In this document: one piece after another, positions 30,926-38,676 of the stretch
Layout: each line of letters begins with the position of its first letter
Numbering within the stretch: position 1 is the first letter of the stretch
Assembly (NCBI GenBank): GCA_044223005.1
Contig: JBGAML010000011.1
Coordinates: 41,169 to 105,168 of the forward strand
DNA from: Candidatus Eiseniibacteriota bacterium
Lineage (GTDB): Bacteria > Eisenbacteria > RBG-16-71-46
Reading direction: 5' to 3'
Length of the DNA: 64,000 nt
Program-made: the position numbers and the translations under genes
Notes under the pieces: model-generated
What the model saw: only the letters and a program-made list of their open reading frames with translations
Told to the model about the DNA's origin: nothing
Database searches by the model: none

Positions 30926-31103
30926 CGGCCGGCACGGCCATGCGCCGGGCGCGTCCCCTGACCGGGGGCGCGCCCGCTCGCGTTTCGGGGCCCGGGAGGC
31001 GGGGCCCCCGCGCGCGCCGGCGGCGCCGCGCCGCGCCGGCGGGGGCCCGTGGGGCGCCCCGGCGCGCTCCCGGACGCCGCGGCCACGGCCGGGCAGAAAG
31101 CCT

Positions 31104-31131
31104 TCAAGCCGTCGCGGAGCGGCGCCGATAA
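31104..31131 (+). promoter_or_regulatory. sigma28 (FliA/WhiG)-type promoter upstream of mglA
   Basis: TCAAG-N15-GCCGATAA; the -10 element equals the canonical sigma28 consensus. Confidence 0.75.
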
Positions 31132-31338
31132 ATGCCCGTGATGGGAGTCGTCGGGCGGCGCTTTCGCGCCGTCGAGCCCGGAGGAGTTCGACACCGGCCG
31201 GGCCCACTGTGGCGACCCCATCCGTGGCCGCGCTTCGGCGCGACCTCTTCGAGGTTCCTGTGGAGAAAGGGCGGCAAGGGGCTCCATGGGGATGACCTCG
31301 TGACAGGGTGGGGTCACTACAACCGGAGGAGATGAACC

Positions 31339-32481
31339 GTGGTCGTCGTGAGCTATTCAGGCAAGGAAATCAACGCCAAGCTGGTCTACTACGGCGCCGG
31401 CCTGTGCGGGAAGACGACGAACCTCGAGGCCATCTACGAGGCGGTGCCCGACACGAGCCGTGGCAAGATGGTCAGCATGAAGACGCAGTCGGATCGAACG
31501 CTGTTCTTCGACCTGCTGCCGCTGGACCTCGGCGAGATCATGGGGTTCAAGACTCGCTTCCTGCTGTACACGGTGCCCGGTCAGGTGTTCTACAACGCGA
31601 CGCGCAAGCTGGTGCTCAAGGGCGCCGACGCGATCGTGTTCGTGGCGGACTCCGAAGTCGGCAAGATGGAGGAGAACCGCGAGTCGCTCGCGAACCTCCG
31701 CGCCAACCTCGCCGAGTACAGCATCAACCTCGACGCGCTGCCGTGGGTGCTCCAGTACAACAAGCGTGACCTCCCGAACATCTACTCGATCGAGGAGCTG
31801 AACGCCGAGCTGAACCCCGACGGCAAGATCCCGCACTTCGAAGCGGTCGCTCGCGACGGCAAGGGCGTGTTCGAGACCTTCCGCGGCATTTCGCACCTGC
31901 TGATGGAGAAGGTCACGAAGGACCTGCGCCGCTCGCCCGCGTCGTCCGGCGGCAGCAAGGCCGCGCCGGAGCCCGCGGAGCCGTCGCCGTCGCGCGAGAT
32001 GGTGCGCTCGAGCGCGCCTCCGGTCGCGCCGGTGCAGAACATCCAGCACGAGGTGCACGCGACGCCCGCGCCGATCGCCGGCGGGGACGAATCGCGCATC
32101 GACTACGGCCGCGAGATCGAGCTGCCCGGCACCGCGCCGGTCACCTCGCGCCCGGCCGAGACGCAGCCTTCGATCACGCCGGTCCGCGAGCCGGTGACGG
32201 CGGCCGTCGGCGCGAACGAGCCCGTGCTCGCGCGTGCCCAGGCCCCGGCGCCGCAGCCCGCGGCGGCCGCTCCGGCGCCTGCGCCGGTCGCGGCGGCACC
32301 TGCGCCCGCGCGCGTCGCGGCGGCCCCGGCTCCCGAGCCGGTGCGCGTCGAGGCGACGGCGAGCGTGAAGGCCGTGCCGAACGCCGCCGGTGGCCCGACG
32401 CCGCTCGTGGTTCCCGTCAAGCTGGGCAAGGGCGGAACCTACGAGATCGTCATTCGTCTCCAGATCGACGCGGACGACTGA
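31339..32481 (+). CDS. mglA: MglA-family small GTPase with long Pro/Ala-rich C-terminal extension
   Basis: EINAKLVYYGAGLCGKTTNL, RTLFFD, TVPGQVFY, VFVADS, QYNKRD; RBS GGAGGAG. Confidence 0.92.
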   Translation: MVVVSYSGKEINAKLVYYGAGLCGKTTNLEAIYEAVPDTSRGKMVSMKTQSDRTLFFDLLPLDLGEIMGFKTRFLLYTVPGQVFYNATRKLVLKGADAIVFVADSEVGKMEENRESLANLRANLAEYSINLDALPWVLQYNKRDLPNIYSIEELNAELNPDGKIPHFEAVARDGKGVFETFRGISHLLMEKVTKDLRRSPASSGGSKAAPEPAEPSPSREMVRSSAPPVAPVQNIQHEVHATPAPIAGGDESRIDYGREIELPGTAPVTSRPAETQPSITPVREPVTAAVGANEPVLARAQAPAPQPAAAAPAPAPVAAAPAPARVAAAPAPEPVRVEATASVKAVPNAAGGPTPLVVPVKLGKGGTYEIVIRLQIDADD

Positions 32482-32530
32482 ACGTCCAAGAGCTGCAAAG
32501 AGTTCCGGGCCCGCGCCGCGCCGAAGAACA

Positions 32531-32559
32531 TTGACTTCGGCGGCGCGGGTTCCTAGTTT
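32531..32559 (+). promoter_or_regulatory. sigma70-type promoter embedded in an inverted repeat
   Basis: TTGACT-N17-TAGTTT overlapping the hairpin CCCGCGCCGCGCCGAAG...CTTCGGCGGCGCGGG, which may also terminate mglA. Confidence 0.6.
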
Positions 32560-32582
32560 TGGAGGACGGAGGACCACCGCAC

Positions 32583-33044
32583 ATGATCCGTCGCCTCGCC
32601 GTCGCCGTATTCGCGATTTCGCTCATGGCCGCCACCGCTTCCGCGGGGACGATGTTCGATCCCCAGGCCGCCGGGTTCTCCCCGCGCGTGCCGGTCAGCC
32701 CCCTCGGGGTGCTGGGAAGCTGGTTCGATCCGTCGCGCGTCCACGTGAGCAGCTCGCTGTCGGTCGGCACGGGCTGGGGGAGCAGCGGCACCAACGCGCT
32801 CCAGGTGACGAGCCTCGCGTACCAGTTCAAGGCCCCCATCGCGCTGAACGTGAGCGTCGGGAACGCCTTCGGACCGGGCGCCGCGGGCCACTCGTCCTTC
32901 TTCCTCGAAGGCATGGACCTGACCTGGAAGCCGAGCGCGAACTCGGTGCTCCAGATCCAGTACCACGACTTCCGCTCGCCGCTGCAGTACGGCTACGGCC
33001 CCTACGGGTACATGGGGCCGGGCCGCTCCTACTACGGCTGGTGA
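32583..33044 (+). CDS. Exported beta-rich hypothetical protein
   Basis: Signal peptide MIRRLAVAVFAISLMAATASA, alternating beta-strand pattern, Tyr/Gly-rich tail ending in W; RBS GGAGGA. Confidence 0.75.
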   Translation: MIRRLAVAVFAISLMAATASAGTMFDPQAAGFSPRVPVSPLGVLGSWFDPSRVHVSSSLSVGTGWGSSGTNALQVTSLAYQFKAPIALNVSVGNAFGPGAAGHSSFFLEGMDLTWKPSANSVLQIQYHDFRSPLQYGYGPYGYMGPGRSYYGW

Positions 33045-33051
33045 CGGCGCG

Positions 33052-33846
33052 TTGAGCGCGTCGAGACTCGGGGCCGCGTTCGCCGCGCGCCGCGGTCGCA
33101 CGGGCCTGATCCCGTTCCTCACCGCGGGATTCCCCTCGACCGCCGACACGCTCGAGATGATGCGCGGCATCGACCGCGCCGGCGCGCTGGCGATCGAGCT
33201 GGGCATCCCGTTCTCGGATCCCATCGCCGACGGTCCCGACATCCAGCGCGCGTCCGAATGGGCGCTGCGCGGCCACGTCGGGGCGCCGGACGTGTTGCAG
33301 CTGGTCGCGGAGTTCCGTCGCGCCTCCGACCTGCCGGTCGTCGTGATGACGTACGCGAACCCGATCCTGCGCATGGGGCTCGAGCGCTTCGCGCGTGAGG
33401 CCGCCGCCGCGGGCGTCGACGGCGTCATCGTGAGCGACCTGCCGCCCGAGGAATCGCCCGAGACGTGGGACGCGCTGCAGGGCGCGGGGCTCGACACGAT
33501 CACGCTGATCGCGCCGACGACCGAAGGTGAGCGGCTCCCGCGCGTGCTCGCGCGCTGCCGCGGCTTCGCCTATTGCCTCGCACGCACCGGCGTCACCGGC
33601 CAGGGCGCGGGCTGGTCGGGCTCGCTCCCCGAGCGCATCGCCGAGATCCGCCGCCACACGAAGCTCCCGGTCGCGGTCGGCTTCGGCATCTCCGACGCCG
33701 CCGACGCGCGCAAGCTCGCGGGCGTCGCCGACGCGGTGATCGTGGGCGCGGCGTTCATGCGCAAGGTGGGCGAGGACCCCGAACGCGGCGCCGCCGCTCG
33801 GGTCGAGGCGTTCGCCTCCGAACTCGCCGGGGCGCTCACCGCCTGA
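33052..33846 (+). CDS. trpA: Tryptophan synthase alpha chain
   Basis: IPFLTAGFP, ELGIPFSDPIADGPDIQ, MTYANP, LIAPTT, GVTG, VGFGIS, VIVGAA. Confidence 0.95.
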   Translation: MSASRLGAAFAARRGRTGLIPFLTAGFPSTADTLEMMRGIDRAGALAIELGIPFSDPIADGPDIQRASEWALRGHVGAPDVLQLVAEFRRASDLPVVVMTYANPILRMGLERFAREAAAAGVDGVIVSDLPPEESPETWDALQGAGLDTITLIAPTTEGERLPRVLARCRGFAYCLARTGVTGQGAGWSGSLPERIAEIRRHTKLPVAVGFGISDAADARKLAGVADAVIVGAAFMRKVGEDPERGAAARVEAFASELAGALTA

Positions 33847-33852
33847 AACGAT

Positions 33853-33879
33853 CGAGGCTCCCGTCCCGCGGGAGCCTCG
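33853..33879. terminator. Hairpin after trpA
   Basis: CGAGGCTCCCG...CGGGAGCCTCG inverted repeat between convergent units. Confidence 0.55.
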
Positions 33880-33902
33880 GTCGCATCACCGCCTCGCCGG
33901 CA

Positions 33903-33959
33903 TCAACGCCGGATCCACCACAACAGATCCAGAAGCACCAGTACGAGTCCGATGTCCAC
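33903..33959 (-). CDS. Putative 18-aa hydrophobic peptide MDIGLVLVLLDLLWWIRR
   Basis: GGAGG 6 nt upstream of GTG; TGA stop; sigma28-type promoter about 120 bp upstream. Below the ORF-track cutoff. Confidence 0.5.
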   Translation of the reverse strand: MDIGLVLVLLDLLWWIRR

Positions 33960-34070
33960 GGTGTGCCTCCGACCTCGAGGGCGCGCGCCCGGCCTTGCTC
34001 GCGCGGTCAACCGTACCGATCGGCCGTCCGTGGGTTGGCGACGCGGACGGGGGAGGCGGCGACTGACGCC

Positions 34071-36551
34071 TCAAGCCCGAATATCGGCGGCTACCCCGAC
34101 GGGCTTGATGGTTCTCGGACCTCGGGTCCGGATTCCGGGCTGAGTCAGCTGTCTCAGGACGACCAGGGTGAGGTCGTCCATCGGCTCGTCGGCCCATTCC
34201 CGGACGGCCAGCAGCAGCTCCTCGAGGATGTCTCCGGCCCGCCGCCGGGCGCAGCGGTCGAGGACGGCCTGGATGCCCTCGATCCCGAACATGCGGCCGC
34301 CGCGGCTCGCCTCGGTGAGGCCGTCGGTGTGCACCAGGGCGACGTCGCCGGCGTCCAGCTCGACCACCGACACGCCGTACTCCGCCGCCTCGCTCACGCC
34401 CAGCAGCAGGCCGCTCTCGCGCAGCTCCTCGAGCCGACCGTCGGCGCGCCGCACGAGCGGCGGCGTGAGCCCGGCGTTGGCGAACCGCAGCACGCCCGCG
34501 GTCACGTCGACGCGCGCGCACAGCATGCTCACGAACTTCTCGGGCTGCTCGATCGCCACGAGGTCGCGGTTCAGCGCCTCGAGCAGCTCGCCCGGATGGC
34601 GCGTGCGCAGCGCCTCGGCGCGGAAGCGCGACTGCACGCCGGCGAGCACGAGCGCCGCGGGCACGCCGTGGCCGGCCGCGTCGCCGACGGCGAGCGTGAA
34701 CTCGCGCGGGCCGGTCGAGACGATGTCGTAGTAGTCGCCGCCCACCGATTCGGTCGACAGCGTGACCGCCGCGCAGTCGAGCGTGGGGTAGACGGGCGTG
34801 CGCCGCGGCAGGCGGTGCACCTGCACGTGGTGCGCTTCCTCGAGCTCGCGGTCCAGCGCCACGCGCCGGCCGGCCTCGCGGCGCAGGTCGGCGTTCTCGA
34901 GCGCCACGGCGAGGTGGTGCGAGAAGCGCGCGAGGTCGCGGATCTCGGCGCGGTCGAGCCACGGGCCGGCGAGCCGCCGGCCGAGCAGCAGCACCGCCGG
35001 CGCCGGCGCGAGCGGCACCGGCAGCACCCAGTGCACGCCGGCCAGCTCGAGCGTGTCGCGGTCCTCCGCCGGCAGCGCGAGCGCGCCGGGTTCGCACGGA
35101 CCGTCGCGGCGCGCGAGCGCGTCGAACAGCGCCGGGCCCGGCGTCGGCATGAGCCGCGCGCCCGCGAAGCTGCCGAGCCGCAGCCGTCCGCCCACGGCGC
35201 GTCCGCCGCTGCAACCGTCGAGCCGCAGCGCGCGCGTGAGCGCGTCGCAGGCCTCGGCGAGGATCGCGTCCACGTCGCCCGTGCGCGCGGCATCGGGCGA
35301 GGGCGCCCACGCGGCGAGCGCGATGTCGTCGGCGATCGGCACCATGCGCGCGCCGAGCCGCGAGAGCAGTGGCCGCGCCGGACCCGCGAGCGCCGCGCCC
35401 AGCGCGAGGAACGCCAGCGAGGCGCCCGAGACGTCGCGCCCCAGCTCGGGCCACCACGTGGCGGCCAGCCATTCGCCCGCGGCCCACGTCGCGACGCCGA
35501 CCAGGCCCGCGCACGTCACCACGGCTCCGGCGCGCAGCGCGATGCGGAAGTCGAAGACGCGATGCACGGCGATCGCCCACGCGAACGACGCCGGGACGGC
35601 GAGCGTGAACGCCACCGCGATCCGCTCGCCGGGCAGCGCGACGCCGGGCACGAGGTTCCGCCACGCCACGGCGGCGGCGAACGGCGCGATGCCGAGCAGC
35701 GTGCCCGCGAACGCGACGCGCAGACGCTTCCGGGCGTCGGGGCCGCGCGTGCGCGCCACCGACGCGCCGAAGAGCACGAGCCCGGCGAGCATGCCCCACG
35801 CGAAGAGCGCGTTGCCGCCCACGTCGAGCACGGCGAGCGCGGGCGCCCAGCGGCCGGGGCCGAACGCGTCCTCGAGCACGAGCGCGAGCCCGAGCAGCCA
35901 CAGCGCCGCCGCCACGCCGTAACCGAGCCGCACGAGGACGCGCAGGCGCGGGCGCGGGCCCGGTTCGGGGAAGAGCGCGAAGAAGTGCACGAACACGACG
36001 GGCGCGACCAGCTGCGCCGCGAGGTAGCCGAGGTCGTAGAGCAGCTGGGCGACGTGCGAGGCGAAGCGTGGCTCGGGCGCGAGCATTCCCGAGAAGGCCG
36101 TGCACAGGACGAGGAACGTGCGCGTCAGGTGGTCGCGGCGTTCGCTCCAGACCCAGCCGCCGAGCAGCAGGAAGCCCGACGCCACCGCGAACAGGAATGC
36201 TCCGAAGCGCCGCTCGCTCTCGGGATAGGCCGCGGGCACGAGCCAGGCGAGATCGTGGTGGCCGTCGCGCTCGCGGTCGAGCAGGAGCGGCTGGTCGGGC
36301 ACCGCGCGCCGCAGCGGATCGCGATCGAGCGCCGAGGGCCGCTCGCCGCCCTCGGCGAGCCGGATGCGATCGCCCGGCGCCAGCCCCGCCAGGGCGCCCG
36401 GGCTGCCCGGTACCACGGTCGCCACGCGGTTGGCCTGCACGGTCACACCGGTATAGGCGTGGCGGTAGAGGGTGAGGGCGGAGAGGACGAGTGCCGCCGA
36501 AGCCGGCAGGATCAGCCACGACAACCAGCGGTTTGCGGCACTTCGGTCCAT
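34071..36551 (-). CDS. Membrane sensor Ser/Thr phosphatase: PDZ, multi-TM, GAF-like and SpoIIE/PP2C domains
   Basis: VVPGSPGALAGLAPGDRI (PDZ), about 8-9 TM segments, HHLAVALENADL, VGGDYYD, VGDAAGHGVPAAL, NAG..PP, HTDGLTE, DDLTLVV. Confidence 0.9.
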   Translation of the reverse strand: MDRSAANRWLSWLILPASAALVLSALTLYRHAYTGVTVQANRVATVVPGSPGALAGLAPGDRIRLAEGGERPSALDRDPLRRAVPDQPLLLDRERDGHHDLAWLVPAAYPESERRFGAFLFAVASGFLLLGGWVWSERRDHLTRTFLVLCTAFSGMLAPEPRFASHVAQLLYDLGYLAAQLVAPVVFVHFFALFPEPGPRPRLRVLVRLGYGVAAALWLLGLALVLEDAFGPGRWAPALAVLDVGGNALFAWGMLAGLVLFGASVARTRGPDARKRLRVAFAGTLLGIAPFAAAVAWRNLVPGVALPGERIAVAFTLAVPASFAWAIAVHRVFDFRIALRAGAVVTCAGLVGVATWAAGEWLAATWWPELGRDVSGASLAFLALGAALAGPARPLLSRLGARMVPIADDIALAAWAPSPDAARTGDVDAILAEACDALTRALRLDGCSGGRAVGGRLRLGSFAGARLMPTPGPALFDALARRDGPCEPGALALPAEDRDTLELAGVHWVLPVPLAPAPAVLLLGRRLAGPWLDRAEIRDLARFSHHLAVALENADLRREAGRRVALDRELEEAHHVQVHRLPRRTPVYPTLDCAAVTLSTESVGGDYYDIVSTGPREFTLAVGDAAGHGVPAALVLAGVQSRFRAEALRTRHPGELLEALNRDLVAIEQPEKFVSMLCARVDVTAGVLRFANAGLTPPLVRRADGRLEELRESGLLLGVSEAAEYGVSVVELDAGDVALVHTDGLTEASRGGRMFGIEGIQAVLDRCARRRAGDILEELLLAVREWADEPMDDLTLVVLRQLTQPGIRTRGPRTIKPVGVAADIRA
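34081..34108 (-). promoter_or_regulatory. sigma28-type promoter inside the 3' end of the PP2C gene
   Basis: Minus strand TCAAG-N15-GCCGATAT; same spacing as the sites at 31104 and 36725. Confidence 0.65.
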
Positions 36552-36724
36552 CGGGATCCCCGCGGTTTGCCGGCCGGAGAACCGTGTCCCGGGCGGCGGC
36601 ACGCAGTCTAGCGTGCGGGCTTCGCGGCGCGCCAGCGGCGTCCCGGCGGGCGTCTCGGAGGTGGTACCCCGGGAACTTCGGCAATCGGCACTTGGACGCA
36701 CCCGCTGCCCGACGCTATTCTGGC

Positions 36725-36752
36725 TGAAGTCAGTTGGCCGCCTTGCCGATAC
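36725..36752 (+). promoter_or_regulatory. sigma28-type promoter upstream of csrA and the flgM-like gene
   Basis: TGAAG-N15-GCCGATAC, about 60 bp before csrA. Confidence 0.65.
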
Positions 36753-36811
36753 GCCTCTTGAAGCTGGAAACACCCCGGGCGTAGCGGTTCGCAGTGCGGA
36801 GGCTATTCACG

Positions 36812-37033
36812 ATGCTGGTCCTAACAAGGAAGTTAGGAGAGAACATCCGGATCGGAGACACGGTGAAGATCACCGTGCTGGAAGTCCGATCCGGCCAGGT
36901 CAAGCTCGGCATCGAGGCTCCCCCCGAGGTGAAGGTGCACCGGGAGGAGATCTACGCCCGGATCCAGGAAGAGAACCGCCGTGCCGCCGGGCAGCGTCCC
37001 GACGAGGCGGCCGGACCCGGCAAGAAGCCCTGA
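36812..37033 (+). CDS. csrA: Carbon storage regulator CsrA
   Basis: [16 protein letters not shown]...[28 protein letters not shown]. Confidence 0.96.
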   Translation: MLVLTRKLGENIRIGDTVKITVLEVRSGQVKLGIEAPPEVKVHREEIYARIQEENRRAAGQRPDEAAGPGKKP

Positions 37034-37100
37034 CGTCGACGCATCCCCGCGAAGGTGCCCCGGTTGGGGGGACTGCCTTCGAGCGCCGCGACGAGGAGTC

Positions 37101-37310
37101 ATGAACGCGACTCGCCGACGCATCACCCGCAGCACTCGCAGCACCCGAGCGACCGCCGCTCCTGTCGTGGCGATCGCCGGGTATCCCGAAGTCGTGCGCC
37201 TGACGCGCGTGCGCACGGCGCTGCAGCGCATCCGGTCGGGCTACTACGACCGGGACGAGGTGAGGGATCGCCTCGCGGCCGCGGTGTTGAAGGAGCTGCA
37301 GAAGCGGTAG
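37101..37310 (+). CDS. FlgM-like anti-sigma28 factor
   Basis: RBS GAGGAG; low-complexity N-terminus; PEVVRLTRVRTALQRIRSGYYDRDEVRDRLAAAVL resembles the FlgM C-terminal R..V......I..G.Y......A..L pattern. Confidence 0.6.
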   Translation: MNATRRRITRSTRSTRATAAPVVAIAGYPEVVRLTRVRTALQRIRSGYYDRDEVRDRLAAAVLKELQKR

Positions 37311-37426
37311 TCCTTCCGTCTCCCGGCGCCGCCGGATCGAGCCCGCTCATCGGGTGCGATCCGGCGGTTTCGTTTGCCCGCCGCCGCGCGCGGGCCGGCG
37401 CGCACGCAGGGCGCGGCGCGGAACGC

Positions 37427-37456
37427 TTCGCACGGGCGGCGGGTCGCGCCTATACT
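37427..37456 (+). promoter_or_regulatory. sigma70-type promoter of the kinase/activator pair
   Basis: TTCGCA-N18-TATACT, 20 bp before the ATG. Confidence 0.5.
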
Positions 37457-37476
37457 GCGGCCGCGAAGGACCGCCC

Positions 37477-38676
37477 ATGCCGACCTCCCGTTCGCGCGCC
37501 AGTGGCGCGCCTCCCCGCGAGACGCTGGTGCGCGCGCTCATGGACGACGCGCCGCACGGCGCGCTGCTGCTCGATCCGCAGGCGCGGCTCGTGGACGCCA
37601 ACGCGTCCGCCGAGCGGCTGCTCGGGTTCAGCCTCGCGCGGCTCCGCGGCAAGCCCGGCGCCGACCTGCTGCGCACGCTGGTGGCGGGCGACGACCTGGT
37701 GCGCGAGTGCTTCCGCCGCGCGCGCACCGAGCGCGAGGCCGTGCTGCACGGTCCGGGCGGCGGCGAGCTGCAGGCGCTCGTGCGTGGCTACCGGCTCGGC
37801 AAGCCGGCCTGGCTGCTGATCACGGTGCACGACCTCTCGCAGGTGCGGCGCATGCAGCAGGAGCTGCGGCGCAACGAGCGCCTCGCCACGCTCGGCCAGC
37901 TGGCCGCGGGCGTCGCGCACGAGATCCGCAACCCGCTCGCCGGGATCGGCACCAGCGCCCAGGTCCTGCTCAAGCGCTTCGAGCCCCGCGACGACCGCGC
38001 CCGCTTCGTGCAGGTGATCCTCGACGAGGTGGCTCGCCTCGACCGCATCGTGACGAGCCTCCTGCAGTACGCGCGCCCCCGCACTCCCGAGCTGCGGGCG
38101 GCCACGCTGGCGGGCTGCGTGGATCGCGTGATCGCACTCGCGGCCGACGGCATCCAGCAGGCGTCGGTGGCGGTCGAGGTCGAGGTGGCGCCCCGGCTCG
38201 CGCCCATCTACATTGATCCGGACCTCGTGTCGCAGGTGCTGCTCAACGTGACGCTGAACGCCGTGCAGGCGATGCCGTCCGGGGGCACGCTGCGCTACGA
38301 AGTGCGCAAGGTGCGCCGCCGCCGCCTGCCACGAGGGCCCGGCCGGCGCGCGAGCGACCGCCGGGGGAACCGCGGCCCGGGATCGGGCTGGATCGAGTAC
38401 CAGCAGGTGCGGGTGATCGACACGGGGACCGGGATTCCGCGTGGCGTGCTCGCGAAGATGTTCGACCCGTTCTTCACGACGAAGGCGAGCGGCACGGGCC
38501 TCGGGCTCAGCATCTCGCAGACCATCCTGCAGGAACACGGCGGCTTCATCGCCGTGGACAGCCGCGAAGGCCGCGGAACGACGGTCCTGCTCAACTTCCC
38601 GCTGGAGAAACGCCATGGCGAAAGGCGACAGCACGACGCGCACCCAGGGCGCCCAGACGCTCCTCATCGTCGATGA
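37477..38676 (+). CDS. Cytoplasmic PAS histidine kinase (NtrB/AtoS/FleS type)
   Basis: PAS (LVDANASAERLLG), AHEIRNPL, NAVQAM, DTGTGI, FDPFFTTK, GTGLGL; no TM segments. Confidence 0.93.
   Translation: MPTSRSRASGAPPRETLVRALMDDAPHGALLLDPQARLVDANASAERLLGFSLARLRGKPGADLLRTLVAGDDLVRECFRRARTEREAVLHGPGGGELQALVRGYRLGKPAWLLITVHDLSQVRRMQQELRRNERLATLGQLAAGVAHEIRNPLAGIGTSAQVLLKRFEPRDDRARFVQVILDEVARLDRIVTSLLQYARPRTPELRAATLAGCVDRVIALAADGIQQASVAVEVEVAPRLAPIYIDPDLVSQVLLNVTLNAVQAMPSGGTLRYEVRKVRRRRLPRGPGRRASDRRGNRGPGSGWIEYQQVRVIDTGTGIPRGVLAKMFDPFFTTKASGTGLGLSISQTILQEHGGFIAVDSREGRGTTVLLNFPLEKRHGERRQHDAHPGRPDAPHRR

Noticed and set aside
31132..31335. 67-aa ORF upstream of mglA
   Set aside because: Its ATG abuts the predicted -10 box, upstream of the likely transcription start; no RBS and atypical composition. 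Better read as a leader.
32240..32345. Tandem GC-rich repeats in mglA
   Set aside because: They simply encode the APAP linker; not an independent DNA element.
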